DNA from: Podospora anserina
Lineage: Eukaryota
Direction: 5' to 3'
NCBI GenBank assembly: GCA_017654855.1
Contig: CM030333.1
Coordinates: 4,216,001-4,280,000 of the forward strand
DNA: 64,000 nt
This document shows, piece by piece, positions 36,510 to 48,234 of the stretch. The notes under the pieces were generated by a model that saw only the letters and a list, made by a program, of their open reading frames with translations, ran no database searches and had not been told where the DNA came from. Positions within the stretch are counted from its first letter, which is position 1, and every line of letters starts with the position of its first letter. The translations under genes and the position numbers were made by a program.

Positions 36510-37067
36510 TTAATTGATTTGCGCAAAGCCTTGGGAGTAAAGAGCTTGGGTCTCCAGAAGGTCTGTGCTCGCACAGTTAGAGTACCTAGGTACCTGGGTA
36601 CTTTGCGGTGGGGGCGAGGGGCATTGTGGCTTCGGCCAGTCAGTCACCGGCCATTCGTCGTTTCACAGCCTCACTGTAGCCCGAGGACAACTGCAAGCAG
36701 CACCGTCAGTTTTACACCTCTCCAAACTTAACTCAACCAATCCTCAACGTCTAACCCTTCCAAATACGCATATCAGGCACTCAAGCCCCCCTTGCCTATC
36801 GCACATCTCCAGGAATATCCCAGTATCCTTTGGCTACAAGTTACGACAAAAGCATCTTCTCTGGGACAGACAGCTACTTTCCTCTTGTTTTCTTTCGCCG
36901 CCGCTGCGCATCTTACTCTGTACCACTACAAAGCGTGCGACTCCCGCCAAAAGAAGACCGACCGTTTTTATTTAGTGTCGGCATCACCTTCAACGACGAC
37001 CTCGGCTACCACTTCTACGACTAGCTTTCTGCAACAGATTGCGCCTTGTTGAGCGCTTGCCGGCAGG

Positions 37068-40000
37068 ATGGGGTGAGTATTCCATCCGCATATCTCTCGG
37101 CCTCAGCATGCGACTGACAGACATGATCCAGTGTTCCCAAGTTTTTCAGATGGCTCTCTGAGCGTTACCCGGCGATATCGCAACTCATTGCCGAGAATCG
37201 AATTCCCGAGTTCGACTGCCTCTACGTGCGCCAGCCTTCTCGAGTCGGGAGACTATACCCATGTTGTGCCAGTCGCTAATATGTTGGTGATTTTCAGTTG
37301 GATATGAATGGTATCATTCATAATTGTACCCACAAGGACTCGGATGATGTTCAGCAGGCCCGTATTAGCGAAGAACAAATGTTCATCGCTATATTCAACT
37401 ATATAGAACATCTCTTCGGTAAGATCAAACCGAAGACGCTGTTCTTCATGGCCATCGATGGTGTCGCCCCGCGCGCCAAAATGAACCAACAGCGTGCTCG
37501 TCGCTTCAGAACTGCTTTGGACGCTGAGAGGGCCCGTGATAAGGCCATTCAGGAGGGCAAAGAGTTGCCCAAGGAGCCACCGTTCGACTCCAATTGCATC
37601 ACGCCAGGTATGTTGCTGCCACCAGACGTCTGGTTTTCGGTCTGCTGACCTTGACACAGGAACTGAGTTCATGGCCAAGCTTACCCAGCAGCTCAAGTAC
37701 TTCATCAACAAGAAGGTGTCTGAAGACAAGGACTGGCAGGGTCCCGAGATTGTCCTGTCAGGGCACGAGGTCCCTGGTGAGGGTGAGCACAAGATCATGG
37801 AGTACATCCGCAACGCACGCGCGCAACCGGACTACAACCCCAACGTCCGCCACTGCTTGTACGGCCTCGATGCCGATCTCATCATGTTGGGTCTCCTGAG
37901 CCATGACCCACACTTCTGCCTCCTCCGAGAAGAGGTTCAGTTTGGCCGCGTCAAGGACCAGCACAAGGTTAAGGAGTTGGAGCATCAAAACTTTTACCTG
38001 ATGCATCTCTGCATAGTTCGAGAGTACTTGGAGCTGGAGTTCCAAGAGCTCAAAGTACCGGGCGCAATCCCCATGCCGTTCGATATGGAAAAGGTCATTG
38101 ATGACTTCATCTTGATGGCCTTCTTTGTGGGCAACGATTTCTTGCCCAATCTTCCTCGCTTTCACATCAACGAGGGTGCGTTGGCCACCATGTTCAAGAT
38201 TTACAAGGAGGTACTTCGAAAGTGTGATGGATACATCAATGAAAATGGCAGAGTGAATCTCAAGAGGCTAGCCATTCTCTTGGAGGAGCTTGGGAGAGAA
38301 GAGTACCGGTTCTTTGAGCATGAAAACGAAGATGCCGGCTGGCTGCGGGGCAAGAAGATGCTTGAACATGACGAGGCCGAGATTGCCAGGGCTCGTGTCA
38401 AGGGCAAGCTGATCATCAGCTCAGATCAAAAGACGCTGTGGAAGACAAAGATTCGAAAGTTTCTGACCAACCGGAATTCGCAAACTCTTGATCTCGGCAC
38501 CGGCCTAAATGCGGCCGACCGCAAGTTCGTCCAGGATCTGGCTGATGCTGCGCACATTGAGTGGGCTACCAAGGAGGACGACGATGGACGTCGTCACCTT
38601 ATCCTGACCTTCCCTGTGAGAGACGACGAAGACGAGGAGGACGAGGAAGCGCAGTCGGCATCTCTTCGCATTGTGAAGAAGTACGACAGTGCCCAAGTTC
38701 TCGACCTGACAGGTGCCGATGCCCAGTCCGCCATGGAGGCCAAGTACAAGCAAAAGTTCCAAGAGTGGAAGGACGGCTACTACAAGGACAAGTTCCCCGA
38801 GTGGGCCGAGGGGAAGCACGAAGATGAGTTGCGCAAGCTCGCAGAAAACTACGTTCAAGGTCTTCAGTGGGTGCTCTTCTACTACTATCGTGGAATTGCG
38901 TCGTGGCCGTGGTTCTACCGCTATCACTACTCCCCTCTGGTCTCAGATGTCGTCAAGGGTTTGGGTGCAGACCTCAACTTCACCCTGGGCCAGCCGTTCA
39001 GGCCGAACGAACAGCTCATGGGTGTCTTGCCCGACCGCAGTAAAAGCATCGTGCCTACCGTATACTGGCCCCTCATGACGGACAAGGACTCGCCCATCAT
39101 CGATTTCTATCCCCGGGATTTCGAGCTCGACATGAACGGAAAGAAGATGGACTGGGAGGCCGTCGTCAAGATCCCCTTCATTGACGAAAAGCGCCTCCTC
39201 GACGCCATGGCTCCCAAAAACGATCTTCTTTCCGACGAGGAGAAGGCACGCAACGACTTCGGTGTGGCCCTCAAGTTTACGTATTCTCCAGATGTCGATT
39301 TTGAGTATGCCTCATCCTTGGTGGATGTTTTCCCGCACATCCCTCACTGTCACTGTGTCGAAAACATCTTTGATCTTCCTCCGGTCGAAGGTCTTGAGTA
39401 CCGCGCCGGCCTCACCGATGGCGCTCTGTTGAATGCCGAGGCTTTGGCTGGATTCCCATCTCTCGCCACCCTGCCTTATACGGCTAGCCTTGGCTTCCAT
39501 GGAGTTAATGTGTTCAAGCAAGACAGCCGCAACGAAAGCATGGTGGTGAACCTCATCGGCACCGAGATGAGAACCAAGGTCGAGAGTGCCAAGGTCAAGC
39601 TTGGACAGCGCTGCTTTGTTGGTTATCCTTTCCTCCAGGAGGCCAAGATTGTTGGGGTATCTGATGAACTCTTCGACTATGTCCTCGACGGAAACGGTCA
39701 GGTGGCCACCCTTCACCATGGCCATCGTGAAATCGAAGAGTTTGGCAAGAAGGCCAACAAGATTGAGAACTTTTACAGCAAGCGTATGGGTATCTTGATT
39801 GGCCCTGTCGAGTCCCTGGTCAGGGTCCAAATGTTGAAGGGTCTGATCAAGACCGACGAGGGCGCGACAATCAAGGAGTACGGCGACATCCCGGGCATGG
39901 AGACGGACTATGCTTCTCAGATCATTGTCGACGAGGTTGCCAACGAGGACGAGCGCTTTATCGAAAAGGCCGCCTTGCCGCTTGAGGAAGAGTTCCCCGT

Positions 40001-41297
40001 CAAATCGATAGGTTTCTTCTTGGGCGACTTCAACTATGGTCAGCCATTGGAAGTATCTGGCTACACCAACGGAAAGCTTCAGGTCTGGCTTGCCACCCTT
40101 GAAAGCCGGGAGCCTGACTTTGCGAAGCGCATCATTTACGAGTCGGAGCGGGGCAACTCTTACATGCCATCCTACATGGTCGCCAAGCAGCTCGACTTGC
40201 ACCCCTTGGCGCTCAGCAAGATCACCTCATCTTACTTTGTCAAGACGGTTGGTGATCTTCGCGTGAACTTGGGTCTCAACCTCAAATTTGAGGGTAAGAA
40301 GCAGAAGGTGCTCGGGTACTCTCGCAAGTCTCAGACCGGTTGGGAGTTCAGTAGTGCTGCCGTGCACCTGATTGTTCAGTACATGACCAACTTCCCCGAC
40401 TTTTTCGCCGGTGTCAAGAGGAACCCTTCGGGCGCCGAGTTGAAGGAAACCGATCTCTGGAGTGACCCTAATCTGGCCACAGCCCGGGTCAAGGAAATCG
40501 GTGCCTGGCTCAAGACGCTCAAGACCAACTCGATGGAGCGCGTCCCTCTTGATGCCGAGCAGCTGGACTCTGAGGTCGTCATGAGGATTGCTGCGGAGGC
40601 TGACAGTCTCAAGCTCAGCGCTATTCCTACTGTTCCCAAGAAGATGAATGGCGTGCCCAGGAATGCGCTTTTGAGGCCCGACGATGCCGAACATCGCCTG
40701 GGCAACCAGCACTTCGCCTTGGGAGACCGCGTGGTGTACGTTGCCCGCACCGGCAAGGTCCCCATCGCCTTCCGCGGCACTGTGGTTGGTATCAGCCGCA
40801 CCCCCACGGCCAAGTTGTTGGATGTCGTCTTTGACGTCACGTTCATGAGCGGCACTACTCTCGGTGGCCGCTGTCCGCCGTTCCGCGGGCAGACTGTGCC
40901 GTCTACTACCCTTCTCAACCTTACCGGACGGCAGGTTGTTGCCGGTTCCAAGAACCAGCTCGCTCGCCAGCCCGTCACACCATCAGTTACCACCTTGACT
41001 ACTCATGGCGGGTATCACATGCACCAGGGCAAGCGTCTGCAAGATGCCGGTGCTCCTTCTCAAGCTGCTTGGGGACGGGGTGGACGGGGTGGTCGCGGCG
41101 GTGGCAGAGGTGGGTACGGTGGACCCAGCCAGGACGGCAGCAATGGTTCTGCTTCTGCTCCGCCGATGTATGGGGCTGTTCCGCCCCCTTCCAGCCTTGA
41201 TGCTCCTAGGGGAGGAAGAGCGCGCGGACGTGGTCGCGGCAATGGTGGTCAGAGGGGAGGGCAACAGCACAACAACCTTGCCTTCCGCCCTGCGCCT

Positions 41298-41328
<31 letters not shown>

Positions 41329-41516
41329 TTGATGGTCAGAATGGAGAAAATTCACGTGGAGGCCGTGGCGGGAGAGGTGGCTTTAGAGGAACGCCTTATG
41401 CTGGCCGGGGCAGAGGTGGTCCTCGTGGTGGCGCTAGAGGTGGCCAGGGTCAGGGTCAGGGTCAGCAGCAGCAGCAGCAGCAACAAAGCGTGGCGATTCC
41501 TCCTTCCGCGAGCTAG
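37068..41516 (+). CDS. XRN1: 5'-3' exoribonuclease 1
   Basis: MGVPKFFRWLSERYP, LYLDMNGIIH, AIDGVAPRAKMNQQRARRFR, PGEGEHKIMEYIR, YGLDADLIMLGL, GNDFLP. Introns 37073-37131, 37226-37297 and 37608-37659; long XRN1-type C-terminus with an RGG/polyQ tail. Confidence 0.96.
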
Positions 41517-42324
41517 ATGTTCTCGGGGGGCTATCCCTGAGCTTAACGTTACCACGGATCTAATGGGTTTGGGGCGGGCACCTCATGAATGACGATGACG
41601 ATGACATACATCAAGGCCTGGCTGGGTTTGGTTTGGACTTGGAACAATGGACAGGTTGGGGAAATGGTTTCCGGCTATATGGTTCTGGGTTCAAAAAAAT
41701 GTCTAGAGGGCGGGTATGGATTGTCATCAGGGTCAGCGCGGAATTTCTGTTGTTGAATTGGTATGGTGTATGGGTATATATCAACAAGCGTATAGTAGTT
41801 GATGATTGAGTATTGTCTTGTTGAAGCAGCGCTGTAGGGATTAGAAATTGGAGTAGCCATTGTGCAACGAGGTGTCAAGTTCAAAATGTGGTCCAAATCT
41901 CAATCAGAAGCCCACCCTCTGATGGCACACACCTCTCGACGAAACCGCCAACACAGAGGTTGCATAAGACGGGTGGTTTTACAGTCTTGGACATTTAGCA
42001 TGTCACCATGATATTATGAAAGCCTGTCGTACACTCACTACCTTTCGATTGAAAGAAAAGCTGGTTTGTTTGCACAACTGTGTTAAAGGGCAATTCCTCA
42101 GTATTTTCAATGGTATCGTTATGTCTCGATATACACTGTTTTCTATAATTTTACCACCTCATCCATCAAGTATTTAAACCCCCGTCCCCCCCGACCCTCC
42201 CATTGGACTTCTTTCCCTCATCATCAGCATCATCATCATCATCATCATCATCATCTCCATTCACCACCAGCCAAAACAACCAAGTAAGTCAACCCCACCA
42301 ACTAACCAACCCAACTCCTACAAA

Positions 42325-42619
42325 ATGCCTTCCCCCACCATCGTAACAACCCCTTCCCCTCTGCGACCACTGCCTCCGTTCAGCAGTGGGAACATCCCCC
42401 TTCTGCTACTACAACACCCGGCTCGGGTGCGGCAGCTTGGGGTGTGAGCACGAGTGCTTTAAGTGGAAGAAAATGCCGGTTTTTGAGCCGGAGAGAAAAA
42501 AGAAGAAGGGGGGTGAGGATGAGGATACAAAGAAGAAGAAGAAGAAGAAGGGGGGTGAAGAAAACAACAAGAAGAAGAGGGACGGCAAGATTGAGAGCCT
42601 TGGATGGTGTGGTATATGA
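42325..42619 (+). CDS. Small Cys/His-rich protein with a Lys-rich tail; ATG and Cys motif are out of frame by one base (error, pseudogene or frameshift)
   Basis: caaaATG at 42325 reads MPSPTIVTT; the +1 frame from about 42350 reads LPLCDHCLRSAVGTSPFCYYNTRLGCGSLGCEHECFKWKK. Upstream GTATTTAA at 42170. Cys spacing is identical to the 43699-44031 ORF. Confidence 0.55.
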
Positions 42620-42846
42620 AGTTTGATTAAGATGGATTTGACTACCCTCCCTTGCCATAGGTGAGTTTTTGCAAGATACACAGTTGGAGGGAAGAGGTAA
42701 GTCAGCCAGGACGTGATGATTCTTTCTCTCCCTGGGGGAGAGAGGGGTGTGTAGATGCCCTGGATGATGATTAGCTAATATGATAGGTTTTTTTTTTTTG
42801 GTTTTTTTTTGCAAACCCAAACTAATTAATCTTTTGAATTTGTGTG

Positions 42847-42847
<1 letters not shown>

Positions 42848-42880
<33 letters not shown>

Positions 42881-42905
42881 TAATAATGATAATAATGATA
42901 ATAAT
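42848..42905 (+). repeat. (AAT)n microsatellite
   Basis: Read directly from the sequence. Confidence 0.9.
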
Positions 42906-43698
42906 CGTGATGATGTATGTGACCTTCCATTGTTAACAGAATTACCTTTTCAGTACGCGACGCAAGGATCCAATCGATCGCTTGAAATTGTGCAGAATAA
43001 TTGTGATGATGTGAACTTGTTATCTTGACCTTTTCCTTAGAAAGAGTCGAAATAAAGATGGCATTTGTATTAATATTGTGATGTGACTTTTGGGATTATA
43101 ATAGCATTTGGGAGAAAGAATGGTTGATATATAGCTGTATAGAAACAATCTAGCTAGCTAGGTGGTATTGTATAAATCATGGCATATTTAAACGCTGGTT
43201 GCCTGGGTGTGATGAGGGGCAGGCATCACCACATATACATATACATATACATATATATATATATATATACATACATACCACTGGGGCAAGCAAGCATTGA
43301 CAGCCACTCTTGTAGTTTTTGATGGCGATCACGCTGGTATCGTGCAGCTGTCCGTCCGTCCTGCCCTGCCGGCCGTGCGACGCTTGGGTTGAACGAGAGA
43401 ATATACCAAGTTACGTCCACATACATATATATATATATATACTTTGCAAATTGGAGACTCTTGCTTTTCAGCTTGGGAAAAAGAAATTATTATTGATACA
43501 GTTGTTCGCCAAAATTTAAATAAAAAGTTACTGTTTTACCAACCCGAGAAGAAAAATATAGTACCATGCTCATCTCCACCAGGGAGATAGATTATCGTGT
43601 GTCCTTTCCCTAACAATCGATCATTCTTGTGTTATCCACTCACCTCGCACATCATACATTCCGAGTGCTCACCTGTTCGTTCCTGACAATCTTGTTTG

Positions 43699-44031
43699 TT
43701 ACTCCCAGCGCCAAATTTTCTCCCCCTTCTTGAACCTGTCAGTGTAAACGCCCCTGCTCCTCTCCCGGCGTTGAACCCGCCCTTTGGGAGAGAAGTCGAT
43801 GTCGTCGTGCTCATCGTAGTAGTAGTAGTCAGAGTAGTCGTACCCTTCTTCAAAGTGTTCCTCAAGGTCAGTAGCTGTGTACCTTCTGACCAGAAGTTCT
43901 GATAGGTGGTGTACGCAGGATGGGTCGTAGCACCCGGGGTTGTAGGTGTCATTGCAGCAGACAACTCCTGCTCTGGTTGAGGCCCAGCAAGGCCCGCAGA
44001 AGTGGGGATGGGGACGTGTCATGCCAGCCAT
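43699..44031 (-). CDS. Small Cys/His-rich protein (110 aa) with an acidic Tyr-rich segment and a basic tail
   Basis: MAGMTRPHPHFCGPCWASTRAGVVCCNDTYNPGCYDPSCVHH...; upstream GTATTTAA at 44295-44288; probable paralog of the 42325 gene. Confidence 0.6.
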   Translation of the reverse strand: MAGMTRPHPHFCGPCWASTRAGVVCCNDTYNPGCYDPSCVHHLSELLVRRYTATDLEEHFEEGYDYSDYYYYDEHDDIDFSPKGRVQRRERSRGVYTDRFKKGEKIWRWE

Positions 44032-44911
44032 GATGCCGTTTTGTTGGGGGATGGGGGGTTAAGAAAGGGTTGACCTTACTTGCTTTGCTTTGGGGGGCAA
44101 GTGTGTGTGTGTGTGTGTGTTGGGTTGCAAGTGGTAGTTAGTCTGAAGACAATAGAACGTGTATGCGGTATGTGTGTGTGATGTGACAAGTTGGTCTGTG
44201 ATCAAAAGTGAGCCTTGATTGGAATGATGATTGATGATTGCGATGATGAGAAAAGAATGGTAGTGGAAGGTGAGAGGTAGAAAGGGCTTAAATACACGAG
44301 AGATAGGGCCTTGAGCAAGAGTTTGTTGGCAAGGACAGCAAGATTGAATGAACAACAGTTATCTTGAGAGCAGTACAATAGCTTTGTTCGAGAGTTGTAG
44401 CCTAAGAGGTCAATCTTAGATGGTGTGATAAGTCAAAAATGGTGGGTTGGTGATGGGATTGGGCGATTGTTTTGATAGCCCCTTTTTGGTTCTTTGTTTT
44501 GTTACATGGCGGCCTGACAGTCACTCCGAGTTCTCAACAAAATCGGTGCCTTGAGTAGGTATCCAAGATAGCCTACAATGTTCGAGATTGTCTAAAGGCC
44601 ATGCACAGACATCGTGGAGAGACATGAAATTCGAGGACTGTAAACAAAGCAGTCATGCGTATAATTTCTCTTGTATATATCATCCAAATAAGCCTTCTCG
44701 CACCCAAAAAGTTGTTGCTTAGTCCATTAAGCCTCTGGTATCGTGGAATCGGATGTAAAACCTCGTCCAAAAAAAAGAAGATTGGTATCATAGAATCGAA
44801 ATTTGTGTGTAAAATCTTTCCCACCGAGAAGCAAATCCCCCATCAAAGTTCCCTTCCCTTTCATAACCATTCTTTCAACAGTTCGAGACATCTCTCATCA
44901 ACAAAAGAAAT

Positions 44912-46671
44912 CTAAGACCTCCCCAACGGCGAGGGGGAACTCTCAACTAGTGTGTCCGGGCTGCTAATGCCGCCACTCCCATCACTCAACTCCCTCTTTA
45001 CCGCGGGAATGGTAGGCGGTGACAGCAAACCCTCATCCTTGAGGACATCCTTCCCCTTGCCCTTGTCCTCGGTCTTCTCTTCCTTTATTGTTCGCAGAAT
45101 TGGTGGCTCCGCAACAACAGGTTTGATCGTCTTTTCTGGTTTGGGCTGCTGTGTTGCTGTTGTTGGCTGAGGCGTGGCGGTGGAAGCAGGCTCAACCACA
45201 ACACCAGTCAGGGGGGCTACTGGTATGATCCTCTTGTCTATCTTCAGCACCTCCTTCGCCAAAGCCCGGATCCCATCGTAGATTATGTCCGGCTGCTCAA
45301 ACAGCAGTAGTGATGACGGAGGCTGCGAATCAACCCGGGAAGTGTGCAGCACCGAGTACGAGCCGTGCGCCCAGGCAGGTGGATAGAATGTCGACTGTGC
45401 TCTTCCCTGGTTTCGACCAATACCAGACAAATCAAGCTGCTCCACATCGTCCTTTTCGTTCGTTGCTGCTGGTGCTGCAGTCGCTGTCGAGGAAGAGTAC
45501 GAACTCGCAAAGACCGTAATCGCAACTTTCGGCTTTGTTGGCGTTTTCGCCGGCAGCTGATGAGAAGAGTGATGCAGCGAAGTCCCCGACCAAAACCGCA
45601 ACAGCCCTTCCGGTCCAGGTAACCAGGCCAAGTTCGTAAGTGTGATCAATTCCTCTCTTGTGAATGTCCCTGTTGATCCTACAACCCCACCATTGCCGCT
45701 GGCGATTTGTCGCAGGTGCCTCAACACAAAAGCCAGCATTCCAACTGGGGAGTCACACAGTCCGTATGCCAGGGTATTCGGGTCTCTTATCTCTGTGATT
45801 GGTGGTGAAGAAGAGTGGGAGTAGTACCCCAGGAAGTCCCGCTCTTCATAGCCAGCCACACCACCCCTGAAGAACCAGGCTAGAGACCATTTTGCGAATT
45901 CGATGGGTGAGCTTGTGAGTTTTGGCGCGGAGAGGACAGGGGAGATTAGATGGGTTCCCAGGCAGGAGTCAGAGTAGGTCGTTGAGATGGCGTGGGCGAG
46001 GTGGAAGTCGATTCGGGATGGCGAAGAGGAGCCGGGGGACGTGTTAGTTGTCAGGTAGTGCCTATAGCCCAATCGAGAGGTCATTAATGTATTAAATATC
46101 GAGGCCGTGGCGTCTATGGGTGAGCGGTTCGCGGGAATGGAGTCGGAGAAGCCCAATCCTGGCAAAGAGGGTATGACGACATGAAAAGCTTGATGAGTCG
46201 GGTCGGATGGGGTTGTGAGGGGGTTGATGAGGTGGGAGAGGGAGAGGTTAGTTAGTGGGAATGGTGGCAGCACCAAGAGAGGAAGAGCGTTGGCGGAAGA
46301 GGACCGGGCATGGATGAAGTGAATCCTGAGAGGGGATGCCGATTCCGACAAGGCAATCGAGGTCCGAAACTGGGGGATGTTGGCGTTGAGGTTGGACTCG
46401 ATATCGCGAAAGTTGTACTTTTCAAGCCAGTAGTCAATCAGCGGCTCGATAACAGGCTTTGGCTCCCACCACTCGGTCGACTTTGGCAGAGACCCCTCAT
46501 GAGGCAGTCTAGTGAGCTCAAGCTTCTGTCGTGCGAGGTGGAGATGCCTCGTCGGAACCTGTACAACCTGTCAGTCTCACGAACCACTCTGAAAACAAGA
46601 CGGACACTTACATGTATCTTGTACGGCCTGACCTCATCGGCAGCCGGCGATCCCACCACAGCGTCCGCCAT
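44912..46671 (-). CDS. Microsomal epoxide hydrolase-like alpha/beta-hydrolase (EHN domain) with degenerate catalytic motifs
   Basis: VRPYKIH, intron 46611-46559, then VPTRHL..KLELTRLP..LIDYWLEKYNFRDIESNLNANIPQF; IHFIH; FHVVIPSLPGLGFSD; LCDSPVGMLAFV. Confidence 0.82.
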
Positions 46672-47203
46672 ATTATGTCTCCAGTATTATACACCAACAA
46701 AATTACCACGTTATTATTCGCATAGGTATGTTTCCAAACTCAAGAACAACATATATCTGCTCTCGTTCACACCTCAAGATAGACTGTCAAACGAACGACA
46801 AAACGATCGAACAAAAACAAAACAAAAAATAGTTGGGACGAGAAAAAACGAGGTGTGTTCCAAGAAAGGAAGAAGGGTCATCGGGTATTATAAGCGCATG
46901 TACCACACCACCACCACCACAACATTACATACATGCATCCCACCCCACACGCTATAACACAAATCCATGCCATACCGCATTCTGCATCAATCACCTGCCG
47001 CGAATTTCCTTAGCTGATTCAACTTTCATGTGTACAGTACATACAGTTCCTTATGTAAGTAATAAACCCATCAGGTCAACACCAGTTTCGTCACCCTACC
47101 CCGAACATTCCCCCTCCAACCACCCTACCTCCCTCTAAACACCGAACCCTTCCTCCACCAAGCGGTCAAGGAAACAAAATGAAATGAAAGGAGCACCCCA
47201 ACT

Positions 47204-47262
47204 CCATCCCCATCCCCATCCCCATCCCCATCCCCATCCCCATCCCCATCCCCATCCCCATC
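47204..47262 (-). repeat. (GGGGAT)~10 hexamer array with G-quadruplex potential
   Basis: Reads (CCCCAT)n on the + strand. Confidence 0.9.
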
Positions 47263-48234
47263 ACCCGGCGGCTGGCTGGTGGCTGGCTCCCGCCAACAAC
47301 AAAACAAAACCGTTCAGGCAGGGCTGATCGGGAGTCCGGGGTGGAAGAGAGCACGCCAAAAGAAAGTGACAAGGACAGTCTCGCAGTTTCGTCAGGAACA
47401 AATGCTCCCCATGTCCGCTAATTCCAGGGTCCTGGCCCGCGTGCACCAAGGGTCCAACCTGTGGCTAGTAATCCTCCCCCAACGCCTCTTATTGGATCAC
47501 CACACCTTCAATACGCCACACCGGACCGTTATGATCAAAAAAGTACATGAAACAGTGGCGGTGCTGACGAAACGTCGTAGTGCAGATTTCGGAAATGATC
47601 AACCAAACCCAGCCTGACTGTGGCAGAAAATGTGGCTCGTTAGTACCCTTCCTTTCAGTGAAAAAAAAAAAAACTTGGCTATTGTTCCTCATCTCGTAAC
47701 CCTCCCCCGAGATTCATTGGACCAAGACTTTATGCAAGTGCTCCCAAGGCCCGTTGCCACTCTCCCCGGATTGCCGAGATGCCGTTGTATGTGGTACTCT
47801 GCATCTGTGGTGTATGTAAAATGTGCTTGTTGAGCTACTATACTGTAGTAGTGCTCTCTCTGCTTCTGTACCTAATGCCTATCATGTCCCCCCAATGCAT
47901 ATGATCTGCTCAACACACACGCAAGCAAACTTCATCATGACTCCGATGATCATGATGCTCAACTGTGCACCCGTGTTCCCAAAAATAAAATGGTTCTAGG
48001 CCCCTTTTCGAGTGCGATGTGAGAGTGTGTGTCTTCAAGCCACACCATCCAGACCACACAGAGTGGCGAGTGACGATCACCACAAAGTTCCCCCTTTTTC
48101 GCAGCACAGCCACATGTCATGATAACACACCAGACGCGCGCTCCCCCTATCTGTTCAGCAGAAAAACATGTATAGCATTCGCCATCCAACCATCCTCTCC
48201 ATGCTCTGTCAGAGCGTGAAGTGAGCGTCTAGTT

